Positions 27,937 through 40,030 of a stretch of DNA of 64,000 bases are shown here, piece after piece (position 1 is the stretch's first letter; each line of letters opens with the position of its first letter). Below the pieces are notes generated by a model. That model was not told the origin of the DNA. It searched no databases and worked only from the letters and a program-made list of their open reading frames with translations. The DNA is taken from positions 1 through 64,000 of the forward strand of contig MCFH01000062.1 in assembly GCA_002104945.1 (NCBI GenBank), read 5' to 3'. Both the position numbers and the translations under genes were made by a program. Source of the DNA: Piromyces finnis finn. Taxonomy: Eukaryota; Fungi; Neocallimastigomycota.

Positions 27937-28609
27937 TATCACTAATTAAGTAAGTAAATAAATAAAAGATGTGTATTCTCTTCCTAGTCTAAAAAAAAAA
28001 AAAAAAAAAAAAAAATCTTTTTATTTTATATTACTTAAATTAAAAATATAATAGATAATATATAGAAAGATTTTATTAAAATTTATTTCACACTTGTCAA
28101 AGAAAGAGTTATAAACTTTCCTTTTTTTTTTTCTATAGCTAATTAAAGAAAATCAGTTTGAATTTACTCTGTAGAAAAATTAAATTTTAATTTTATTAAT
28201 TATATAAAATTGAAAGTGTTTTTTTTTTTTTTTTAATAAAATAAAACATTAAAGATAGTTTATTGATATAATTTTTAATAACCTAATATTTTAACAATTT
28301 CATAGTATTATTATAATTAATTTACTTTATGATAATTTTTTTTTTTTCTTAATTTTCCATATCCTATTAAATTTTACTTTTTTTTTTTAATTTATTTTTA
28401 ATTTAATTATTTATGACAAAGTATTGAATATTGAAACAAACTTTATTTATTATAAAATTTTAAAATTTATCCATTTTATATTAAAATAGGAAATACCTTA
28501 AATATTTTTAATGGATGGATAAAAAAAACTTGGTTTATAAAAAAGTAATATTTATTCATATATCCCTTCAATTTTATATATACTTATTAATAAATATTTC
28601 AAAAACTTT

Positions 28610-28705
28610 ATGAATTGGTATGGAATTTATGTGACGATTTGTAGATGATGATAAATAATGAATTGGTATGGAATTTATGTAACGATTTGTAGATGATGAT
28701 AAATA
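28610..28705. repeat. 2 x 48-bp tandem duplication with one mismatch
   Basis: atgaattggtatggaatttatgt(g/a)acgatttgtagatgatgataaata occurs twice, starting at 28610 and 28658. Confidence 0.9.
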
Positions 28706-29341
28706 AAGTGTATAAAAATAAATTTTATTCTTTGATAATTAATGAAATAATACTTTTCACAAAATTATATTTAAATAAAAAGAAACATGTAAAATATAAA
28801 GGTTAATAAATATTAAAGGAAAATAGATAAATAATAACTTTTCAATACCAAATACCAAACGATTGAAAATTTTAATTTAAAATTAAAAGTTTAAAGTATA
28901 CCATAATTAAAATATTGTATCCAATTGACAAATTCTGTTTTTTTTTTTTTTTTTTTTTTTTTATATATATATATATAAAAAGATAAAATATACTCAATAA
29001 AGAGGTATAAATTGAAAGAAAATTAAAAAGGGTATTCAATATATAAAATATATAAATATGTTTTTTATTTTAATACTTTATTTAATAACTGAGATATTGA
29101 TTATATATATTTTACACTATTCTATAAATATCTTTTTTTTTTTTTTTTTTAAAAAATTTAAATTTACTTTTATTACTTTTTCATATTTTATATATATTTC
29201 TTTTAACTTTTATTAACATCTATTAATGATTAATGATACACAGTATAGTTTTTGAACTTCATTCTTCTTTTTTTCTTATATAGGCTATAAGTATTAAATA
29301 TTTATGTTTAAAATGTTAAAGTTTGCTTATCCTTTAATTTA

Positions 29342-30119
29342 TTATTTTATTACTTTATACTCACCATCTTCATTATCAGGAAGTGGTTTTAAATATTCCT
29401 TAAGGTTGTCTTCTGTAAAAATTATATGCTCATCATTTTTACCTTCTTCTTCAAGTTTAGCTATTATATTTTCGTTATCTACTTTTTTATATAATTGTAT
29501 TGTACTATTTTTTCTAATTGTTTTTTCAAATGTTTTTCCTTCTCCAAAAACTTCATTTTCTTTAATTGAATAACCTTTAAATTCTTTTTTAACTTCATAA
29601 TCTATCAAATATATTATTTAAATTTTAGTGCTCATATATAGGTAGGTGATTATAATATATTTTATTAATAATATTTACTAAGCACTCTCTCTTTAATAAT
29701 AATAATATAAATACATAAAACGCTATCATTTATTTCTATTGGTTTTGTCTCATTATTATTATTGCATATTACACTCCATACTTTTCCTTCTTTTTCAATA
29801 TAATCTTCAATTTTTACACTTTCTGATATATTTTTTTTTATAACTAAATAATTTATATATAATTTCATATATAAAAATAAATTTTGTTAATTTTTTTTTT
29901 TAATTTTATTTTTATATTTATTTTATTAATAATATTTTACTATTATTAAGTACTTACTATAAAAGTTATTTTCTTTATACCCCTGGTTTTGATTTTGAAG
30001 AGATACTACAATCTTATATTTAATATTCTTATTATCTATTTTTGTATTACCATCTTCTGTATTTATTTTGTATATCATATCAATGTTATTATTATTATTT
30101 AATTTCATATCAATTTCCC

Positions 30120-30159
<40 letters not shown>

Positions 30160-32189
30160 TTACAATTAAAACTATATAATATTAAAATTTAAAATAAAAG
30201 TTATTAAATTATATATTTAAACATTACAATTTATAGCCTAATTTATCTAATTTAACTTCTGATGGACATGAATATTTCATCTCATCATCACTTTTTGATA
30301 TTGGATATTTAATATAACCTCCATCAATAACTTCATATTCAATTTCATTATTAATTAAATTTTTTAATTTTTTCTTAAAGTTTTCTATAGTTTAAAAAAA
30401 AAATAAAATAAAATTAATATGTCACTCAATATTTGTAGATATTAAAATAAAAATTAATTTATAAATTAATACTATAAATTATGGTATTTTTAATTATTAC
30501 CTTCTGTTATATTTGTAAATGTTATACTATCTTTTTTTACATAATTATTTGTTAGAATATATGCTTTATTTATTATTATTTTATTTATGATAATAATTGC
30601 TTCATACAAAAAATATAAAAATACTATACCACTTTTATTATAAACACGAATATTTAGCCCAACATTAAAGGATAAGTCTAAATCAGCTAATTTAATAAAT
30701 TTTTCAAATCCAATTTTTCCAATATGAAAATTATATTTGTATTGAGTAGGTGTATCTATAATAATACATTAAAATATCAATTAATATTATATATTAAAAA
30801 ATGTGAATACACATTTATTATTAAAATTACATCTTAAAATTCCTTTTGTATTTTCGTTATTATCATATACAACAAATACAAATTGAATATATATATTATC
30901 ATCATCACTTAAAAAATTATCAACATCTTTATTTCTTAAATATAGAGATAAATATTCTTCATTATCATCATAAAATTTTCCTAAAATTATACACCTTTAT
31001 ATATTTATTGAAATTAGATATTTTTATTGAAATTAAAATATTTAATATATTTATTTACCATTTATAGCCGTCGTCTGTATCTTTATCAATATCTTTTGTT
31101 ACTAATTTATTATTAACTAGATTTTTAAAATCACTATCTTCAATTTTACATTCATAATATCCTTGGTAAATAATATCACTTCTATCTACTTTAAGAAATA
31201 ATTGACTACTTTCATAAATCTTTTCATTTTCTTTAATATTAATTTTTTTATAAATGCCATTTAGTAAAAAAAATATAAACAAGTATTTTACAAAATATAA
31301 ATATCTTTGTGTTTAAATTATATTAAAGTTTATATTTTATATATTATTAAACTTCTAACCTTCCATATATTTTATTTTCACAGTAATAGTATTAAAAAGC
31401 TTTTTATTTTTCTTTTTAATATTAAATGGGAAATTTACATCTTCACCATTATCAAGGTAATGAATTCTTGAATCTTTATAATAAATTTTAATATAATATT
31501 AATATATAAGTATAAAAATATACTAACGAACTTTTTTTTTTATTATTTTAATATATACTTTTAACTAACCCTTTTTTGTAAAAAGTGTTTTATTATTTTT
31601 TTTAAATTCATATGAACTAATAAATGTTATGGGATTATTTTTATTATCACGTTTTAATTGAATCGAAATATTATTTTTATCATTTTTTAATACTATTTTA
31701 TTAATCCTGAAAAAATATTATAATTAATATGTATCAATATTAATATTAATATTGTTATTCATATGGAGATAATATGTTTAATAGAATTACCAATTTTTTT
31801 TTTTATTGCTTTCACTTTTTTTTTTTATTATTTATATATATAAATAGGTTATATTTATATAAAAATAGATAAAAATAATTAATCTCCATATTTAATATAT
31901 ATCATTTAAATATTTATTTTATTTTTCTATAAATAATACCTAGATTCTTTATCCTCTCCTCTATCATTCAAGATATGATAATTAAAAATAATTATATTAA
32001 TTTGAATATTAATACTGTATATAATAATAATAAATATTAAAATATTTACATGGATATATATTCATTATTTTCCAAAAGCTTTTGAATATTTTTATCGATT
32101 TTAAAAGATTTTGTACTTGAAAAATTTGTAAGAATATTATGTTCATTATCTGAATCATCAATATTTATTGTTTTTTCGCTATCTGACAT
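29342..32189 (-). CDS. Multi-exon hypothetical protein, possibly degenerate; exon structure only partly resolved
   Basis: ATG at 32189 (MSDSEKTINIDDSDNEH...) followed by several GT/AG-bounded charged coding segments (YHILNDRGED, IHYLDNGEDVNF, GYYECKIEDSDF, EYEVIDGGYIKY, IEKEGKVWSVIC) ending at the 29342 ORF. No recognisable family. Confidence 0.45.
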
Positions 32190-32786
32190 AATTAATTAAA
32201 CAATTTATATATTAAAATTTCCTTAAAAAAAAAAACAATACAAAAAGTACTTTAAGTTTTTATATATTTGAAAGAAAAAATTATATTCTATATTATTAAA
32301 AACAATAATTAAATTTAACAATGTTTCTTGTATTGAGTATTGTTTACTATAATAAAGAATATTTTAACTTTTAAAGAAAAAGTGGTACAAATATTTTAAC
32401 CACCAATGAAATTCTATATAAAAAAATCTAAAATTTACAATTATACATTAAATAAGGATTAAAATTTTATGATATACATAATAGTACTGCTATAATCTGT
32501 TTTATCAAGCTTAATTTTTCAAAATACAGCAATAGCATTTATATATATATATTTTTCTACATTTTCTGATATTATATACTTAATTATGCATTCTCATTAA
32601 TTTATATTTTATAAAAAGTAGTACCAAGTAAATAACACTATTAAACATATTTTAAATAATCTAATAATTATTTAATAAAAAAAAGTATATTCAAATTAAT
32701 AAAATTAAAAAATAAAATCATTTATATAATTCCATTAATATTATCATTAACATTATTATTTGTATAAAATTTACACTCTTATATGA

Positions 32787-32838
<52 letters not shown>

Positions 32839-33499
32839 AGATATTATTTATTAAAAATTATTTCTAAATTTTTTTTTATGTTATTGCTGTTGTAGACGTT
32901 TCAGTACTCTATAATTTTTGATAATTTAAATAAAACTTAAAAATACAAAGTAAAAAAAAAATATTAATTTTATTTCAGAAAACTCGAAATACTAAGAAAA
33001 AGATATAATATGTAATTTTTTTTTATTTTATCATTGATATTTATATTGATGAATTATAAGTCATATCTTTGGAAGGGCTTAATTCTTGCCAGTCATACCA
33101 TAAATATAGGTTAGAATGGTTAAAAGTTGAAATTTATAGATAATTAAAAAAAAAAAAACGGTTTTACATTTAATTTATATATTTATGGTATTTTAATATT
33201 ACTATTAAAATAAAAAAGCAAATATTTTATATTTTAATATATTTTTTTGGATTTAATAATTATAAATATTTCAATTAATAAAATACATAATCAGAAACAA
33301 CTAAAGTTTTATAATTTATATTGCTATATAAAAATATAAAATATAAAATTGGCTTTATAAAAAAAGATAAAGTTTTTATTTTTATTTTATTAGTAATATT
33401 TTTGTAAAATAATATTATTTAATTATTTAATTAAATATTTAATTACATTAAAAACATTTATAATAATTAATATTAATTTACTCTATACAATTGTTTTAT

Positions 33500-36451
33500 T
33501 CAAACCATTTTGGATTTTCTTTTAAATGAGGTGACATGTCTAATAAAGTTAAAGTTACTACTTTCATTTATTCTGTTTGCTCCTGGACTGTCAACAATAC
33601 AATTAAAATATGGATAATTCATATTTATTTCGTTATATATATATATTTTTATATTCTCTTCATTGGGTGCTTTATTATTATTATTTTGAAAAAAGGTTTG
33701 CAAAGCATTTAAATACATTGTTCCTAAATTTTTAATTATTACATATATATCTTCTTTGGTATTATTATCAATGGATTTATTAGTATATCTATTCAATATA
33801 TTTTTAATTCTTTTCTTAAATTCATATTTATTTTCACCAAATAAGTAAAAAATTAGGTTATTAATTAATTTATATGATAATGTTAATCCATATAATCCAG
33901 AAATTTCAGTTATCATATTAACACCGTTAATAATAATGTTATTGATATCATTAGAATTTCTTATTTCGTTTTCATAAATTTTAATAATGGTATTTCCTCT
34001 ATTCATTTTTAATTCCAAATTAACTTTTTGTGATATAGATAATCCAATTGAGCCCATATTTTCATATGAAATTTCATCGAATGTAGTATTTATTAATTTT
34101 TCTAATATTTTTGGTTTAATTTCTGTTTTACTATTTTCTTTATTATAAACTCCTTGTACTCTGACTACATTTATTTCATAATTGAAAGATTCTCTAATAC
34201 TATTTTGTAAATGAACACAATCTGAAAGTTTAGTGATTATCGCAATCACTGGCATGTAGTTATGAAGCATTCTTATTAACTCTTCTTCCTCCTCCTCGAT
34301 CCATAATGTACAGTCTTCTATACAAATCCATGCAATATGAATCATTTCTCTTTCAATTTTATTTTTTTGGCGTTCATTAATTAATTTTTTAAGATCGCTT
34401 ATAATTTGTTTATAGTTCCTTTTTTCAGGACCATCAATATTAATTATTGAGAGAGGAATTTCTTCCTGTGAAATTTCTTGAATTTCATTTGTAATATTCT
34501 TTTTATTACCTAGAGTACCAAGTTTGTTGTAAAAAATGGAATCAATTAAAGTTTTTTTTCCTACACCTGTTTTACCTGCTATTAGAATATTAATTCTTTC
34601 TGTGTCTTTTTTGAATTTTTCAACGGCACTTTTAACTATTTTTGCTAGTTCAAAATCAATATCACTTGATATATTAATATTAATAATATCGTTAATGATA
34701 TTGCTTATTTCATCTTTTAATTTATTCGAATGATTAAACTTATCATCATTGCTTTCAGTTGTAAGTGAGGGCATACATGACTCACGCCTATAGGATGCCT
34801 TAGAATTGTTTTTCTTGAAATTATCATCATTACCTTCAGTTATAAATGAAGGCATACATGATTCTCGCCTATAGGATGCCTTAGAATTAATTTTCTTCAT
34901 TGGTGAATCAATTAAAAGGTTTTCAATTTTTTGATGTATAATATTATTTGTGAAATTCACTAATTCTATAAGATTTTTTGGTTTTATTTCGTAATCATTA
35001 ATCTTAACATATATAGATTGAACACGTATAACATTAATTTCCGGGAATAATTGATTAAATCTATTTCTTAATCCAGTATCAAATTCAAGTTTAGTAATTA
35101 CTACAATAACTGGCATATGTTCTATAAGCATTCTTATTAATTTTTTTTCGTTGGAATCAATAAATTGATTAGATTCTTCTTTACAAAGCCATGCAACACG
35201 AATACGCTTATTTGTATCGTTTTTTCTTTGTTTGATGAGTTGGTTATATTTTTCTATTTCGATATTTCCAGTAGTATCAATTATAGAAACTGGAATATTT
35301 TCAGTTGAATATTCTTTAATTTCATTTATAATTATATCTTCACTATGAATATCTGATAGACTTTTATCAAATATAGCTTTAATTAATGTACTTTTTCCTA
35401 CATTAGAATTACCAACTACTAAAATATTAATGTTGCCTATATCTTTTCTAAACTTATCTATTGGTTTTTCCGAAATATGGGAAAATATATTATTATTATT
35501 GTTTTGTATATTATTATTATTATTGGGTTTATTAACCTTAATTTCATCTAATTCAACTAAATTATTTTTTATCTCAGAAAACGCTAAATCTAAATTGAAA
35601 CTGTCACTATCACTACCACTTGAAAAGTCCAAATTTATATCATCATCATCATCATCTTCTTTTTCATTATCTAACGATATGTTTATTCCATTTTCTTCTT
35701 TTTCTTTTGATAAATCCAAGTTTATTTCAAAACTATCATTATCACTATCATTTTCACTATCACTTGAAAAGTCCAAATTTATATCATCATCATCTTCTTC
35801 TTCTTCTTCATCATCATTATCTAATGATATATTTATGCCATTTTCTTCTTTTTCTTTTGATAAATCCAAGTTTATTTCAAAACTATCATTATCACTATCA
35901 TTTTCACTATCACTTGAAAAGTCCAAATTTATATCATCATCATCATCTTCTTCTTCTTCATCATCATTATCTAATGATATATTTATGCCATTTTCTTCTT
36001 TTTCTTTTGATAAATCCAAGTTTATTTCAAAACTATCATTATCACTATCATTTTCACTATCACTTGAAAAGTCCAAATTTATATCATCATCATCTTCTTC
36101 TTCTTCTTCATCATCATTATCTAATGATATATTTATGCCATTTTCTTCTATTTCTTTTGATAAATCCAGGTTTATTTCAAAACTATCATCACTATCACTT
36201 TCACTACCACTTGAAAAGTCCAAATTTATATCATCATCCTCTTCTTCTTTTAATATATCTATTTTTATATTATATTTATTATCATAAGAATTTATATTTG
36301 TATCATTATAACTTTCATCGTTTGAAGAACACATTTCTATATTTTTTTCTTTTGAAAGTTCTATATCAGTATTCTCATTTGAGTTATTTTTCATATTATT
36401 ATCTATTTTTATTTTTGTTATATTATTATTTATTTTTGTAAGAAATTTCAT
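33500..36451 (-). CDS. GTPase array gene 1: acidic N-terminal repeats followed by two degenerate P-loop GTPase domains and a helical tail
   Basis: Intronless, 983 aa. Domain A: GNSNVGKST and DTTG, with the switch-I TG..PVT motif lost. Domain B: GKTGVGKKT, and NIDG in place of DxxG. Confidence 0.85.
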   Translation of the reverse strand: MKFLTKINNNITKIKIDNNMKNNSNENTDIELSKEKNIEMCSSNDESYNDTNINSYDNKYNIKIDILKEEEDDDINLDFSSGSESDSDDSFEINLDLSKEIEENGINISLDNDDEEEEEDDDDINLDFSSDSENDSDNDSFEINLDLSKEKEENGINISLDNDDEEEEDDDDDINLDFSSDSENDSDNDSFEINLDLSKEKEENGINISLDNDDEEEEEDDDDINLDFSSDSENDSDNDSFEINLDLSKEKEENGINISLDNEKEDDDDDDINLDFSSGSDSDSFNLDLAFSEIKNNLVELDEIKVNKPNNNNNIQNNNNNIFSHISEKPIDKFRKDIGNINILVVGNSNVGKSTLIKAIFDKSLSDIHSEDIIINEIKEYSTENIPVSIIDTTGNIEIEKYNQLIKQRKNDTNKRIRVAWLCKEESNQFIDSNEKKLIRMLIEHMPVIVVITKLEFDTGLRNRFNQLFPEINVIRVQSIYVKINDYEIKPKNLIELVNFTNNIIHQKIENLLIDSPMKKINSKASYRRESCMPSFITEGNDDNFKKNNSKASYRRESCMPSLTTESNDDKFNHSNKLKDEISNIINDIININISSDIDFELAKIVKSAVEKFKKDTERINILIAGKTGVGKKTLIDSIFYNKLGTLGNKKNITNEIQEISQEEIPLSIINIDGPEKRNYKQIISDLKKLINERQKNKIEREMIHIAWICIEDCTLWIEEEEEELIRMLHNYMPVIAIITKLSDCVHLQNSIRESFNYEINVVRVQGVYNKENSKTEIKPKILEKLINTTFDEISYENMGSIGLSISQKVNLELKMNRGNTIIKIYENEIRNSNDINNIIINGVNMITEISGLYGLTLSYKLINNLIFYLFGENKYEFKKRIKNILNRYTNKSIDNNTKEDIYVIIKNLGTMYLNALQTFFQNNNNKAPNEENIKIYIYNEINMNYPYFNCIVDSPGANRINESSNFNFIRHVTSFKRKSKMV
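35590..36260 (-). repeat. About 150-bp coding repeat (about 50-aa Asp/Glu/Ser-rich unit), motif present five times
   Basis: cacttgaaaagtcc occurs at 35617, 35761, 35911, 36061 and 36208. Confidence 0.93.
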
Positions 36452-37460
36452 ATATTAAATATTATTTAAAATATTTAATAGTATAATTATAAATATTATT
36501 TAATAATATTTAATACAACATGAATATTTTTTTTATGATAAACTTTTTTAATAATTTTTATGAAAAAATAAAATTATAATTATTGATATGTATTAATAAA
36601 ATGCAAATTATTGTAATATTTTCAACATTTATCATATATATTCATATATTAATATTATGTATCTAGGTTATTCATTTGAATAAATAACAATTTTAAAAAA
36701 CTCTAAATAATTATATAATTCACTTTAATATAATTATTTTAAATTGTTATAAAACTTATAATTTTCTTTATTATTATAAATACCATCTAAATTAAATATT
36801 TCCCATAGTAAAGTATTAAAAAATTATGGGTAAAAAGTTTAATAATTTTATATATTTATTTATAATTTATAAAAATAATGGGATTAAAACTAAAAGTAAA
36901 TTTTATAATAAAGTTAAAATTTATTTATTTTTATGCTTAAAATAAAAAAAAAATTTAAATAATATTTTTAATATAATCGATTATTTTATTTAAATTTGTT
37001 TTTTTAATAGCAAAAATTATTTATTATTATATTTAATTTTCATTTTTTATTTGGTTATATACAATTATACTTAAGATAATATTCTTTAGATTTATTTTTT
37101 ATTTATTATCATAGTATTAAAAACTTATTATAGAGATATAATTTTTTGATATTTCATAATTCTAAGATTTAAAATGATTTTATAATAATTATTTACATAT
37201 AATATCATTGCAATAGTATTGATTATGCAGTATTAAAATATTTAAAATAATAATTTTATAATATTAAAATATACTTTATCACAAATATATTGTATAAAAA
37301 TATTTATTTAAAATAAAAAGAAATATTATTATTATTATTATTTTTTTGCATTTATAAAAGTAAATTTATTTTCTATATAGTCAAAATGTTATAAATAAAC
37401 TGTATTTTTTTAAACGAAATAATTAGTTATTTATTATTTAAATATTTATATTATTATTTA

Positions 37461-38672
37461 TTATTGCTGCTTTTTTTGAAATACTTTCAAAATTTTGGAT
37501 TCTTTTCTTTTTCTTTGAGCTGGTTCTTTTGGCAATATTATTTCTGAATTATTATTTATCTTAGTTCTTAAACTAAATAGATTATGCACTTTACTGGATG
37601 GCATAAAAAGAGTTAGCCATTTCATTATATGTGATTTTTTTGTTTTCTTTGGTATGTCTTCATTTGATGAATGTTCACTTTCAGATGATTCCTCTGATGA
37701 ATAAAGTAAAGGTGTGGATTTAGATTCTTTTACTTTAAATAAATTTGGATTAGCTTTATTTTTTCGTTTATAATTTTCTATAGATTTTAAATATTCATTG
37801 CATATTAATTCTATTTCTTTTACAGTTAATTGTTCAATACATGATGTGTCATTCAAATTAATATCTGTTTTTTGTATATTTTTTAAGACTTCAAAAATTA
37901 AATCAAATTTAAAATTAAACCCTAAAAGTCCAGTAATATTGGTTATTATATTTATTAATGTTTCTTCGTTATTGATCTTTCCTTCTTCACATATTTTAAG
38001 ATTTTCTTCAATTATACTTTTTGCTTTCTCATTTTTAATATCTTCATTTACATATTGTTCAGATATAAATGTGTTTTTCTTTATATCTGATAGATTATTA
38101 TATGTAATTTCAGTAAGAGTATTTAGACCAGTAGGCTCTACTACATATCCATCATCCAATTCAATTCTTTTGGCATGAACACGAATGATATCTTTAGCTT
38201 TTGGACATAATTCTTTAATTTCATCCTTTAACCCTTGATCAAATAGTGCTTTTGTCAATATAATAATAACTGGAATACCTAATTCGGCTATAATATCTAC
38301 TAATTGTATTTCTGCTTCTTCAACTCTACTCGACCCTTCAACAATACATACCCATGCTATATCAATACTTTCACTATTATTATTTTTTCTTTCTTCAACA
38401 AAGCTTTTAATCTCTTCAAAAACATTCTCATAATTTTGAAGTACAATTCCTCTTGAATCATAAATTGAAATATTATTTTTAGTTATCTCAACCAGATGTT
38501 CTGTAACTGGTTTTCCTACACCTGTTTCTGCATAATCACCTTCAAAAAGTGAATTTATTAAAGTACTTTTACCAACACCAGTTTTACCAGCTATTAAAAT
38601 ATTAACACTTTTTAATTCATCATGATATTGTTTTATTTTATTATTTATGATATCTTCAAATGTTTCATTCAT
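37461..38672 (-). CDS. GTPase array gene 2: MMR_HSR1-like P-loop GTPase with a helical domain and a basic/Ser-rich tail
   Basis: Intronless, 403 aa: GKTGVGKST, TGVGKPVT, DSRG, AWVC, LTK. Confidence 0.88.
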   Translation of the reverse strand: MNETFEDIINNKIKQYHDELKSVNILIAGKTGVGKSTLINSLFEGDYAETGVGKPVTEHLVEITKNNISIYDSRGIVLQNYENVFEEIKSFVEERKNNNSESIDIAWVCIVEGSSRVEEAEIQLVDIIAELGIPVIIILTKALFDQGLKDEIKELCPKAKDIIRVHAKRIELDDGYVVEPTGLNTLTEITYNNLSDIKKNTFISEQYVNEDIKNEKAKSIIEENLKICEEGKINNEETLINIITNITGLLGFNFKFDLIFEVLKNIQKTDINLNDTSCIEQLTVKEIELICNEYLKSIENYKRKNKANPNLFKVKESKSTPLLYSSEESSESEHSSNEDIPKKTKKSHIMKWLTLFMPSSKVHNLFSLRTKINNNSEIILPKEPAQRKRKESKILKVFQKKQQ

Positions 38673-40030
38673 GACAATTTCTAATTTTTATTGTTTATTA
38701 TAAATGTAATAATAAAATTTTAGTAAAAAAAATTAATTGTAATGGATAAAGAAAATTAAATAAATAAAATAAAATTATTAAAAGAATTATTATCAACTAA
38801 ATTTTAAAACAATAAATTATATATATAGTTTATAATTTAAATTATATAATTCTTATATAAATGATTTATTAAAAGATATATATGTAGATTTTCATAAAAC
38901 AATTAAATTTAGAATTTAGAAATTATTTAATGTAATCTTATAAAATATCTAAATTTCTTTAAATATCATTAAATTCAAATACTTTATTCTTTTTATTAAT
39001 AACAATATTATTACAATAATAAAAAGAATTAGTGTATTTATAAGTAATAAATAATTTCAGATGACAAAAATAGTAAAATTTCAAAATATGTTTAATAAAA
39101 AATTGAAAAAAAAATAATGAATTAAAACGTATAACATAATTTTTATGGAAATGAAAATAATTTTATGTATATATAGGAAATGAAGAAAAATATATATTTT
39201 TGATATATACTATTATTATAATAGTCCTGGATTCAATATATCGGAGTTAAATTATAATGATAATAACGATAGTAATAATATTAATAGTAGCAATAATAAT
39301 AAAACATTCTGTTTTTTTAATTATTTATGAATTTTTGATTATTCCAAAATAGTAGCGATAAATTATAATAGTATTGATAAATTGATAAATTGATATGAAT
39401 TAAGCTAATTTAGTAAAGTTAAATAAATATAATAATATAATAACCTTTTAGTTAAAAAACTAATTTTTTTTTTAAATAATTCAAAATGGGTTAATATTTA
39501 TTTTGATAAAAAAAATACTTATTAAATACTTATTAAATTAAAAAGTTTAAAAAAAAAAATAAATATGGAAAAATTATATTTTGTATTTTATATAATACTA
39601 GATATTAATTATTTTTCTATTTTTATTTTTGATAAACTTTAAAAATTAAAGTTAAATTTACCAAAGAAATAAATTGAGAAAATAAATAGTCTTGGTAAAA
39701 GAAAAAATTTTAAATGAATATTATAATAAATAATATAAATAAAAACTATAATTATATATAGAAATCTTTATTTAAAAAACGTTTTGAATTTAAATATTTA
39801 TTTATTATATTTTTTTACTTTTTTCATTATTACATTGAAAAATTTTATAAATTACATATATATTATTAATTATTTATTTATTCTTAATTCTTAGGTTTCT
39901 ATAGTTTATATCTTAAAAAAATTTATATTTTAATAAATAATAATATTTATATTCATTAAAAATAAGATTTTAATATTATTAATAAAATTTTTTATAATTA
40001 AAAATATTAACATTTTTTATAAAATAAATT

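Larger units (their letters stand above)
22276..28015 (+). mobile_element. Near full-length APE-type non-LTR retrotransposon (LINE); clade not assigned
   Basis: Higher GC than the flanks, an APE+RT+CCHC ORF and an A25 tail at 27991-28015. Candidate 13-bp target-site duplication atctttttatttt at 22263-22275 and 28015-28027. The exact 5' boundary is uncertain by about 10 nt. Confidence 0.9.

Noticed and set aside
35430-36441. Plus-strand Ser-rich and His-rich ORFs
   Set aside because: They are antisense shadows of the acidic repeat in GTPase gene 1.
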